From an uncultured Mycoplasmatota bacterium (GTDB taxonomy: Bacteria > Bacillota_I > Bacilli_A > RF39 > UBA660): DNA of 64,000 nucleotides. Positions 27,101-31,569 of this stretch are shown piece after piece. Under the pieces are notes generated by a model. It ran no database searches, was not told the origin of the DNA, and saw nothing but the letters and a program-made list of their open reading frames with translations. The position numbers and the translations under genes are program-made. The DNA is taken from contig UQOS01000002.1 in assembly GCA_900542735.1 (NCBI GenBank), positions 7,545-71,544 on the forward strand. The letters are read 5' to 3'. How positions within the stretch are numbered: the first letter of the stretch is position 1; each line of letters opens with the position of its first letter.

Positions 27101-29592
27101 CGAATATCTGATGCACCACCACCATAGATAGTGCCATAGCCTGCTTTTCCACCACCGTTCCAGCCACCATTATTACCGTTACTTCCAACATATACATATA
27201 AAATTTGCCCTTTATTTAAGAAAATTTGTCCAGTTGAATAGCCACCTTTTCCACCATTATTACTTCCACGATGTCCACCTTGGGCACCCCATGCTTCAAG
27301 AGTATAAATTCCAGCTGCAGGGGCAATAAATTTTTGTGGTAAACCATTATATTCATACCCATAAGCTCCTGTTGAACCACTCATTAAGTAATCACTTTGC
27401 TTATGGAAAGTAATTTTATAATTAACTGTTAAACCAGTAATATCATTTTTTACATCAACACTATATACATATTGTTTACTGTTTGTGATATCATAGCTAC
27501 CGGTATGACTTTCAACCATAGAATAGCCATCATTTAGTTGAAGGTTAACATTAATACTATTTACACTATCAAGTACTGAAATATTGTATTCATAAATTGT
27601 GTAATCAAAGTCAATAGGAACTGTACCATCATTAATCGTAATATCAGCAACACCATTGATTAATTTAGGACTAATTCTGACATAACCATTACCCGCATGT
27701 CCTGTTTCGTTAGAACCAGTTGGTGATAAAAATGAAGCATTACCATTTATTAAAGAAGCATTTGTCAAATAATTTTTATCAGTAACTAAGTAACCTTCTG
27801 GTACATATTTACTATTTTCACTAGTAAAGGCAAAGTTAGATCCTCCTCCTCCACCTTTATCGTCATCTCTACTGCCATCTGGATTAGCACCACCACCGCC
27901 GTACCAGCCACCACCACCGGCGCCAGCATAGCCACCTGATCCAAATGTTCCATCTCCACCATAACCGAATCCTGCGCGATAGCTTCCAGCAGCATTAATA
28001 GAAGCAGCTGTTCCACCAGATCCGCAACCAGATGATGCACTAACGCCACCTGCTCCACCGCCATTACCACTAGCTCCAACGGAACCACCACCACCAGCAA
28101 CTAGGACTCTATTATATAAAGTATTACCACCATAGCGAATATCAGTAGCTCCACCACCATAGGTATTAGTAGTTTCATGCCAAACACCACCAGTTGTATA
28201 ATAACCAACGGTATGGCCACCACCATTATATCCTTTTTTTAAACCATCTTTTGTGGTAGTAGAACCAGACCCACCAACATAAATATATAGTACTTCTCCT
28301 TTAACTAAATACATGTCAGCTTTAGAGTAAGCTCCTTTTCCACCATTATTACTTCCACGATGACCACCTTGAGCTCCCCAAGTTTCAAGAGTATAAATAC
28401 CTGTTGCTGGTACATAGAATTTTTCATAATCACCAGCATATGAGTAACCATATGATACACTGCTACGATTTTCTAAGTAAGCATTTTGTTTTTTTACTGT
28501 TACTGTATAAATCTGCACAACACCTGTTTCGTTATCTGTTAAAGTAATAGTATTCGTAACAGATAATTTATCAGTCATATCGGTACTACGATTTGATTGA
28601 GTTAAATTGTAACCTTCCTCAGTAGTTATATTAAAACGAATATTTTCAATGTCATTATCTACAGTTAAATCATAATTATAGATATTATATTTATAATCTA
28701 TTGGAACATTTCCACGATTGATTTCAAAATTAGTAATTCCATCTAATTTTACAGCAGTTATTTTAGCATAACCATCACCAGCTCTATTTCCATCAGTATA
28801 GTTAACACTTGTCATAAAATAATCTTCGCTGACTGAGTAACCAGTTGGTACATATTGTTTTGTTTGAGAGTTCCAAGTAAAACTTGAACCTCCTCCACCA
28901 CCGCGATCATCATCTCTACTGCTGTCCGGATTAGCTCCGCCACCACCGTACCAGCCGCCACCACCGGCACCAGCATAGCCGCCTGCACCTGATGTTCCAT
29001 CTCCACCATAACCGAATCCTGCACGAAGACTACCGGCTGTAGATAATGAAGCACCTATTCCACCAAAACCACAACCGCTTGTAGAGCCACCAGTGACACC
29101 TCCTGCTCCACCAGTATTACTATTAGAACCAACGGAACCTCCACCGCCACCAACAATTAATCTTGATTTAAGGCTTGTTTCATTATTCCATTCACCAGAT
29201 ACAAAACGAATATCAGTAGCACCGCCACCATATATTTTTAACTGTGGTTGAAATCCTCCACCATTGTATCCTGTATGAGTTTGACCACTACCACCAACAT
29301 AAATATATAGAGTATCTCCTCTTTTTAGATATACTTCTCCTGTTGCATAGCCACCTTTTCCACCGTTATTAGACCCGCGGTGTCCACCTTGAGCTCCCCA
29401 AGTTTCAAGTTTATAAATACCACTTCTTGGAACAACAAAAGTTTGATAATCACCTGTGTAATTAAATTCATATATATTACTATTAGTTCCTGCATTTACT
29501 ATTGGCAATCCTAAAAATCCTGTTAATAAAGTTACTAGCAAGATACTAAATACCCTTTTACTTCGTTTTAATTTATTAAATACTCTATTCAT
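15163..29592 (-). CDS. giant secreted protein (4809 aa): four glycine-rich modules, about 38 cadherin-like modules, a Big_2-like module and a C-terminal dockerin
   Basis: Single uninterrupted 14.4-kb ORF. Signal peptide MNRVFNKLKRSKRVFSILLVTLLTGFLGLPIVNA. Repeated LS.L.V..G.L.P.F......Y...V......V.V.A...A.V....L..G.N...I.VTAEDG...Y.I.V.R modules (counted by eye). Confidence 0.92.
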   Translation of the reverse strand: MNRVFNKLKRSKRVFSILLVTLLTGFLGLPIVNAGTNSNIYEFNYTGDYQTFVVPRSGIYKLETWGAQGGHRGSNNGGKGGYATGEVYLKRGDTLYIYVGGSGQTHTGYNGGGFQPQLKIYGGGATDIRFVSGEWNNETSLKSRLIVGGGGGSVGSNSNTGGAGGVTGGSTSGCGFGGIGASLSTAGSLRAGFGYGGDGTSGAGGYAGAGGGGWYGGGGANPDSSRDDDRGGGGGSSFTWNSQTKQYVPTGYSVSEDYFMTSVNYTDGNRAGDGYAKITAVKLDGITNFEINRGNVPIDYKYNIYNYDLTVDNDIENIRFNITTEEGYNLTQSNRSTDMTDKLSVTNTITLTDNETGVVQIYTVTVKKQNAYLENRSSVSYGYSYAGDYEKFYVPATGIYTLETWGAQGGHRGSNNGGKGAYSKADMYLVKGEVLYIYVGGSGSTTTKDGLKKGYNGGGHTVGYYTTGGVWHETTNTYGGGATDIRYGGNTLYNRVLVAGGGGSVGASGNGGGAGGVSASSGCGSGGTAASINAAGSYRAGFGYGGDGTFGSGGYAGAGGGGWYGGGGANPDGSRDDDKGGGGGSNFAFTSENSKYVPEGYLVTDKNYLTNASLINGNASFLSPTGSNETGHAGNGYVRISPKLINGVADITINDGTVPIDFDYTIYEYNISVLDSVNSINVNLQLNDGYSMVESHTGSYDITNSKQYVYSVDVKNDITGLTVNYKITFHKQSDYLMSGSTGAYGYEYNGLPQKFIAPAAGIYTLEAWGAQGGHRGSNNGGKGGYSTGQIFLNKGQILYVYVGSNGNNGGWNGGGKAGYGTIYGGGASDIRLGGQSLYNRLIVAGGGGSVGASGNTGGVGGGTSGGNGAGDYGDGAQGASQTSGGANIGTFGKGGSGIAANGGYGGGGGGGWYGGGGAGVDGSRDDDRGGGGGSGFVWTESNASIVPDEYLLSSSQYLSEASTKAGNTSFPAPKGGNETGHTGNGFVKISFSLSYDYDIIVSDNVTLDKEFDYDTKEYTGTLSSNDSSLVTFTVTDSDSILKVDGDGKQEIHVGDNTYNITITYINGAVEVFTYHIHREANDIDYLNNIYFDEYSISEFSDKTFDKDTLTYNVTLPYYMDEYDLTVDKGSADQIITNIGHISNKNNTYKIPISVTNETGTSTKTYTLNITLPHSSKIKKLTFNSSGGSVIEIPIPNDQTEFDIEFESHIAAVNTIVDLYDNEAKATVTGDGYIESDNFDITINVTEPHVDATTYILHVKRVTVSGYEKDLSYNGNVQTVIIPYDHEYLLEVWGAQGGNGGGRGGYSYGNIYLTKGTILYVYAGGSGASGGFNGGGTSRVGKGGGASDIRIGTDSLYSRVIVAGGGGGHGSDGCASGAVGGGLNGGGSSASGSCGTQAGGGTQTEGGTYGKYSSAIGTIGKFGIGANAPTSGGNYYGGGGGGGWYGGGSGATSGWSNGGGGGSGFIYTEENASVIENDSKWLLNSDYYLTNANTLSGSNSFTSPTGTKETGHAGNGYAKITIPYQESENNYLDGIISNKGVMTPDWDYNTDTYYLTLASDEVEINVEGVPSDGKASVVGNGDYIIEAGTTEIPLVVTAENGYTKTYKVVVTRKADTNASPKNILINGLLQEYCSSMEGTCVYKFDENTNSYQVKVPYTIREIVMVVDKAHYFQTVNGDGLYELSGGSNKFQIDVTSEDKNNTTSWYYDIYRDMTGNADLRSLKMTSPEYDINYSYNITDYYVTVPHETENVEIEAIADDPNATVKITKPDTLDYGQNTIKITVTAQNGTEKQYTIYVTRLESNNAFLTDLTVTDITNKDNPKKITLSPEFNKMNLKYDLEVENSVSKISLTGTLEDELLATSTGLQEYDLNVGANTINVVVTAQDGSSLTYTIVVRRKANSNTLLADLTVDEAPLTEKFESTKFVYYLYVTGEVEKLTINATPQAGTSTYQIIGNYNNLIAGKNEITIRVTSEDKSTCDYKLIVNRTGYNDNYLQSLLVTNGNENYILTPNFDPLYDKYVLNLPNDITNVVLTATSNGKKRASIGNSSVYVKNINLLSDNPSENNIVVTAEDGTTRTYSVIITREKSSDNTLASLEVEENTLIPNFNSDTLNYSFTTNDHSLNIKAVPNNKYAKVVISDNAKNLVPGENIITITVTSETGVEKVYTLTVTRELSSDNTLKTLEVKDIILNPSFDPNTLEYNFDTHKVNIEITAIPNNKYAKVEIIGNLKLNLGLNEIEIKVTSETGDIRIYKINANFVLDDNNYLSNLTTNTGLEQEFSKELLEYTKTTEDSRITINATIESKNATYSITDSTGNVIDTFPQELTLGENIFFVNVTAQNGNVRTYKITINRNKSSDSKLSNLTTSEGLNEEFNSESYQYTLNTKAHNLTITPTVRNEYASYKIYDINGDIVDNDINLITGSNIYMIIVTAEDNTTSTYNLVINRSDNNIATIDSLGIITNETFDKNTFNYTITTDESSLNLDNIVLTDSYATYTVEGNSNFTNDQTQEVLIKVTAEDKKTTNTYKLTVTKVVSTDSRLEIFKLGNYGFTPKFDKDTTTYEVFIPSTLTSANLELKTLKNTATIKSIMIDNNEQVTTSSNTYKNVITIPDITTSSNITVTVKAEDNTETTYTLTLTDEVVINNYLSTLNVSCGNLDPVFDRETTSYTVFTESNVTSCTVLATKEVDIATITGNGDYNFPANEKYLDIPITVTSSRGEERVYNVTIRRPLSNESRLSNLELSTYTLDPVFQSDTYEYNVTVPNFINHLSKDNFTYTTLDPDSTVTFEDKDLVSGKVTKYTIVSTSEDGTNKSTYILNVSREKSSDTTISSVNVTVSDNKFSCNMDPTSKLCTIEVPSNTSDFTLEATLPDMASVNPANPSKHTLLATEYNKDISLTVTAEDDTTDTYTVRIIRSESSNNDLMDLQVNYVSLPNFSSTKLSYEKTVIGTMNQVMITAVLADTKATVVTDLSKPFNLEYGLNTIEIVVRAEDKTEKTYTIEITRCDSVNAQLSSLSVKNYPFEETYDPEETEYTIRVPRTKKTLTRDEIIYSLADKNASITLDNKLDIDFDKTSNIYTITVTAGDGVVQKYYHISVLPELSTNNNVDKIVVDGVEIKPNSDKEFSYDIFDTDTNATLTSITLSNEYAVHNVMLPQKLTYDNQYQFMVTAENGDVAIYTVNLVRSKTRELKLANIEANFQKEDDCSGICTFDKVFNEDTTNYEIYIPNEITSLDDLVITPKNNLQTYEIIGNSNLSVGENTIIIRVKNSLNETFDYTLTVYREANSDPNILGVSFITPEYEITDFDENLYEYNVEFNAIESGKYELDVEKKNDNQQIEIKGAKVLYFGRNDIIVHTKSESCSTTVKTRYGCNEKDYIIHAYRNEKYSNLLASLTVSSGDTGDFLQVFNKYKFDYVLEVDSEISTVKIEGTAVNTTHATVFGNGEFNLTPGLNTFQIIVTPEIGDPSTYTLNIIRKQSDNVNLANLKVTGYELSPEFVKNTVDYYINIDSTVNQLDIIYTKEAEDQLVYITGNSNFVTGENIVNVVVLSADKTRGKTYKIHANRSASDNNLLNGITVSSMKNDIETIYPLTPDFNNEVNDYTVNVSKDISEINIKTIKGQKMQTIVGNGSYILDYGINVIPITVTSESGLVNTYNITINREFEFGLNSLTVSHDDTIYDLDPVFDPDTLEYNVSVDYEIDSVIVDATLKETLNDINGLGEYQLNTGNNDIVITVSYGENSRDYIIHVNRKKCSDNSLKSLQVAEGLIDPSFNKDILEYNVDIPYEYDSATVIYETNSKDATVEIRNNTDLEIGITKDIEVIVTAENGDIKTYIIHATKLPKPTASNRLINMYIDEATLEPVFNIGIMNYTAEVLKDTKRVNLHLQAEEKMYSTVEVYKLGSTTKTKVDMKVDDPKIMLNVDAGKNSFVIRVTNYEGSVRNYQLDIYRAGPNEARIKNLSFDYGTLAPVFDKNKNAYTMEVENTVTKLTETVTMMDEKATYTISGNKNLKIGENTITITTLAQDGKTSLEYTIIVTKKASSNAYLSDIVTFPEKDFTFDKEKYNYIYHVESNINTIQIIGIREDTTAKITGNGIYQLTGEDLTVKLTVVAQDGTTKVYTVVVTKKKESDNNLESLTINNGELVPNFDKDTLEYTVELENYIDSINVTGKSESDKATVSGNGNYNLVEGKNKIQIMVTAEDGTIKTYTITVTRKENELEQTLLEDLSVLEGALTPDFNPNTLNYIVNIPNEYESATVTYKVHNPDAVVDIYGNDNLEVGHNIITVKVSYNGEDTTYTIDAIRQEASNTYLNVLSVMNHDITPEFDKTIQNYTLTVANNIASIELKATPELSTSTVYIKKDTDYKETAGVTTINLTPGENTIYIKVVSISKAERVYKLVVTRENSDENKLLTLESSTGNITPKFDKDVNSYTLNVPVGTKYVTLSGTVSENATVNGLETYPLTVGTVTKYITVTSQSGLVNTYEVTIVREASHDALITNIKPSVGSLNPSFTSDTKSYTIEVEGDVNNISFDVTTNSKDTLVVGNGVTTLFAGKNIITITSIAEDGITQESVNIEVYKKTDIISFDTDLEINVPVGNDYQIDIKYNPENTDYNGMTYTVNNKSILTVSDTGLITPLTVGDTTITITSTRNKSLTKTVTVHVINPVIQSDTYYINRDDEDNNYITGMEPNTIVDDFLSNLKNERENLKVYESTETNVVENEENVKTKYIVKLVINNITYDQLNLVVKGDIDGDGYITVADVTLAENSILRLSKLDKIEFVAADIDVDNYVTVADVTKMQNYILRLNSSLNTDLYEQLEDK
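15205..15390 (-). other. dockerin (two F-hand segments) of the 4809-aa protein
   Basis: GDIDGDGYITVADVTLAENSIL ... ADIDVDNYVTVADVTKMQNYIL. Both segments show the D.D.D.....D calcium-loop spacing followed by a helix. Confidence 0.7.
15628..15876 (-). other. bacterial Ig-like group 2 (Big_2)-like module
   Basis: ISFDTDLEINVPVGNDYQIDIKYNPENTDYNGMTYTVNNKSILTVSDTGLITPLTVGDTTITITSTRNKSLTKTVTVHV matches the usual Big_2 pattern (..Y.S....ATV...G.VTA...G.A.ITA). Confidence 0.55.
25030..29475 (-). repeat. four diverged glycine-rich modules (about 240-260 aa each; ALK/LTK-type Gly_rich, PF12810-like)
   Basis: Modules at about 28750-29475, 27670-28455, 26620-27363 and 25030-25785. Each has Y.Y.G..Q.F..P..GIY.LE.WGAQGG..G..GGKGGY..G...L.KG..LY.YVGG.G, GGGA.DIR, R..VAGGGG, GWYGGGG and ETGH.GNGY.KI. 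Dense GGN codons make them GC-rich islands in AT-rich DNA. Confidence 0.7.
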
Positions 29593-29618
29593 ACTATCAC
29601 CATTTTACTCTATAAATA

Positions 29619-29647
29619 AGTATACTATATTTGTCTTATTTTGTCAT
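29619..29647 (-). promoter_or_regulatory. candidate sigma-A promoter of the 4809-aa gene
   Basis: Minus strand has ATGACA (29647-29642), a 17-nt spacer and TATACT (29624-19). An A8 tract lies just upstream, and the promoter follows the preceding terminator. Confidence 0.45.
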
Positions 29648-29680
29648 TAAAATGGAACTTTTTTTTCACTTTTATACGCA

Positions 29681-29706
29681 TAAAAAGTCTGCTATATTTA
29701 GCAGAC
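29681..29706 (-). terminator. rho-independent terminator after the 151-aa gene
   Basis: Minus strand reads GTCTGCT-AAATAT-AGCAGAC followed by TTTTTA. Confidence 0.7.
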
Positions 29707-29716
29707 CATCTATTTC

Positions 29717-30172
29717 TTATTTTGTTTCTTCTACTTCAAATCCACACACTAGATTTGTATCAATACGGTAATCCTTTTTACCATAAGGCTCTTTAGGATA
29801 AATAATAACCATCGAATTTGTTTTATCACATTCTTGATTTGTTTTACTATTTACAAATTTCTTGATAATTTCTTCTGACTCATCTTTTTTATAACGAGCT
29901 AAATTATCTAAACTTACTTTAATACCAATATCAGTATATTTTTCTAAGAATGTTTTCTTTTCTTCATCAGTTTTCCCTATTTGATTATAGTAAAAATCTT
30001 CATAAAATGATATCCCTAGTTCTTTTAATTCTTTTGTTAGTTTTTGAGACTCATTTTTTGAGTGATTATTAAATATCAGAAATAAACTGATAATTACTAT
30101 TAATAGTAATATAATACCTCCTATTATATAATAATGTTTTTTATTTAGTTTTTTTAAATTTATTTTTTTCAT
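29717..30172 (-). CDS. small N-terminally anchored hypothetical protein
   Basis: 151 aa. TM helix YYIIGGIILLLIVIISLFLIF, then a soluble domain with two Cys (QECDK...LVCGF). Lies between the small cohesin gene and the giant gene. Confidence 0.75.
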   Translation of the reverse strand: MKKINLKKLNKKHYYIIGGIILLLIVIISLFLIFNNHSKNESQKLTKELKELGISFYEDFYYNQIGKTDEEKKTFLEKYTDIGIKVSLDNLARYKKDESEEIIKKFVNSKTNQECDKTNSMVIIYPKEPYGKKDYRIDTNLVCGFEVEETK

Positions 30173-30312
30173 AATTCTACCTACCTAACGCATTCATTAT
30201 AACATATTTTTATCATTTGAAACATATAAGTGTAAAAAAATACTAACTCTCTATCTCTATTTAGAGAAAGTTAGAATTAGTATTTATATTTATTATCATT
30301 TTATTACTCAAA

Positions 30313-31065
30313 TTATTTAAATAAATTTAAAATTTGTTGAAAGAAGTTGGTTACACTTTTCGTTATTTTTTGTATTAGGCTTTTTTCTTTTTGAGTAGTA
30401 ACTTGGTGTGAAACTATTGTATTCTTTTCCTTTTTTTTACTTTCTACTTCTTCTTGTTTTACGATTTCATTATTTTCTTTTTCAGCATTTAAATTTATTT
30501 CATTTTCTGGTTCTACCTTGATTTCTTTTTCATTCTTTATAGATTCAGTGTTTATAACTGGTATTTCTATATTTTTTAGTTCTTCATTTTTATTTTTTTG
30601 AATAATATCAATTTCTTTAGTTACCACATTATTAGCAATATAATCTTTACTATCTGTTAGTTTTGTGTTTGTTAGAGTAATTGTAGTAGTACCTTCTTGT
30701 AAAGCTTTGAATGTAAATTCATATACAGTTAAATTATCTTTAATACCGTTCTCTAGAGTAAAGTCAAGTCCAGCTATTTTATAGTTATAATCCTCATTAA
30801 TTTGAAATTGGTATGGTGTATCTATTCCTTTTGAAGAAATATATTCAATTTTTGTGTTATCAAATGATAAATTACCACCCATACTAACAACACCATCGTA
30901 AGTATCTTTAATATCTTCAACATTCATTTTTACTGTAAAAGTATCTCCAACTGTAACTGTATCATCACTATTAAATGATACTGTAGCATTTCCCATAGCA
31001 TAAACAGAAGTAGTAGAGCTTAATAAACAAATTGTCATTAATCCTACAAGTATTTTATTTTTCAT
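30313..31065 (-). CDS. small secreted cohesin-domain protein (250 aa) with no TM anchor or dockerin
   Basis: Signal peptide MKNKILVGLMTICLLSSTTSVYA, a cohesin-like module, then a Glu/Lys-rich tail ending in an amphipathic LIQKITKSVTNFFQQILNLFK. RBS AAAGGGGGA. Confidence 0.85.
   Translation of the reverse strand: MKNKILVGLMTICLLSSTTSVYAMGNATVSFNSDDTVTVGDTFTVKMNVEDIKDTYDGVVSMGGNLSFDNTKIEYISSKGIDTPYQFQINEDYNYKIAGLDFTLENGIKDNLTVYEFTFKALQEGTTTITLTNTKLTDSKDYIANNVVTKEIDIIQKNKNEELKNIEIPVINTESIKNEKEIKVEPENEINLNAEKENNEIVKQEEVESKKKEKNTIVSHQVTTQKEKSLIQKITKSVTNFFQQILNLFK
30601..30993 (-). other. cohesin-like module of the 250-aa protein
   Basis: GNATVSFNSDDTVTVGDTFTVKMNVED..GGNLSFDNTKIEYISSKG..PYQFQIN..NYKIAGLD..YEFTFKALQEGTTTITLTNTKL. 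Motif-by-motif parallel to 7800-8192. Confidence 0.6.
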
Positions 31066-31119
31066 ATAAATTTTCCCCCTTTTTATCTAAGATGCCCCTT
31101 TCCTTTTAAGTTGTGCGTT

Positions 31120-31128
31120 ATTATACCA
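31120..31128 (-). promoter_or_regulatory. extended -10 promoter (TGgTATAAT) for the small cohesin gene
   Basis: Minus strand reads GTGGTATAAT about 55 nt upstream of the ATG at 31065. Confidence 0.45.
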
Positions 31129-31167
31129 CAAAATGTCAAAAAAAGCAAACTTTTTCATTTCTATAAG

Positions 31168-31196
31168 TTGACATTTACATTTTTTTAAGATAGAAT
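31168..31196 (+). promoter_or_regulatory. sigma-A promoter of the tRNA-Cys/tRNA-Gly pair
   Basis: TTGACA (31168-73), a 17-nt spacer and TAGAAT (31191-96), about 45 nt before tRNA-Cys. Confidence 0.6.
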
Positions 31197-31241
31197 TGAA
31201 ATGTACTCAAAAAAGAGGAATAAACATATAATAAAATATAT

Positions 31242-31315
31242 GGGTCTATAGCCAAGTGGTAAGGCGTGGGACTGCAACTCCCTGATCGTTGGTTCAAATC
31301 CGACTAGGCCCTCCA
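31242..31315 (+). tRNA. tRNA-Cys (GCA)
   Basis: Acceptor GGGTCTA/TAGGCCC, D-loop with GG, anticodon loop CTGCAAC, T-arm GTTGG-TTCAAAT-CCGAC, encoded CCA. Confidence 0.85.
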
Positions 31316-31322
31316 CTTTTAT

Positions 31323-31396
31323 GCGGACATAGTTTAATGGTAGAATACAACCTTGCCAAGGTTGCTGTGGGGGTCCGATTCCCCTTGTCCGCTCCA
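31323..31396 (+). tRNA. tRNA-Gly (GCC) with a non-canonical T-loop (TCCGATT)
   Basis: Acceptor GCGGACA/TGTCCGC, anticodon arm CAACC-TTGCCAA-GGTTG, T-arm GGGGG-TCCGATT-CCCCT, encoded CCA. Confidence 0.8.
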
Positions 31397-31407
31397 TTTG
31401 AATTAAT

Positions 31408-31441
31408 ACTCGCACACTTATATAGTGATTGCGAGTTTTTT
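31408..31441 (+). terminator. rho-independent terminator after tRNA-Gly
   Basis: ACTCGCA...TGCGAGT stem with inner CACT/AGTG pairing, followed by TTTTTT. Confidence 0.65.
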
Positions 31442-31569
31442 AATCTGTTTTTATTTAAGAATACTCTACCCTTTACAAAAAAGTGTCACAAAACTAAACA
31501 AAAAAGAGCTATCAATCTCCATAAAAAGAATAAGATAGCTCTTTTATAATCTAAAAATTAACAGTTTTT

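Noticed and set aside
26571-29054. Three minus-strand ORFs from the track (26571-27065, 27786-28100, 28812-29054) that translate to Val/Ala/Leu/Glu-rich peptides.
   Set aside because: They lie in alternative frames of the glycine-rich modules of the 4809-aa gene. GGN-rich DNA lacks stop codons in the shifted frames, so these are shadow ORFs and not overlapping genes.
4346-29592. Whether the highly periodic 255-285-bp repeats could be a CRISPR array or a mobile-element repeat.
   Set aside because: The periodicity lies inside continuous long ORFs and corresponds to protein modules. Repeat units are diverged at the DNA level, there are no short identical direct repeats with unique spacers, and no cas, transposase or integrase genes are visible anywhere in the window.
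31185-31549. ORFs 31185-31415 (minus) and 31289-31549 (plus).
   Set aside because: They read straight through tRNA-Cys and tRNA-Gly. The GC-rich tRNA sequence simply lacks stop codons.
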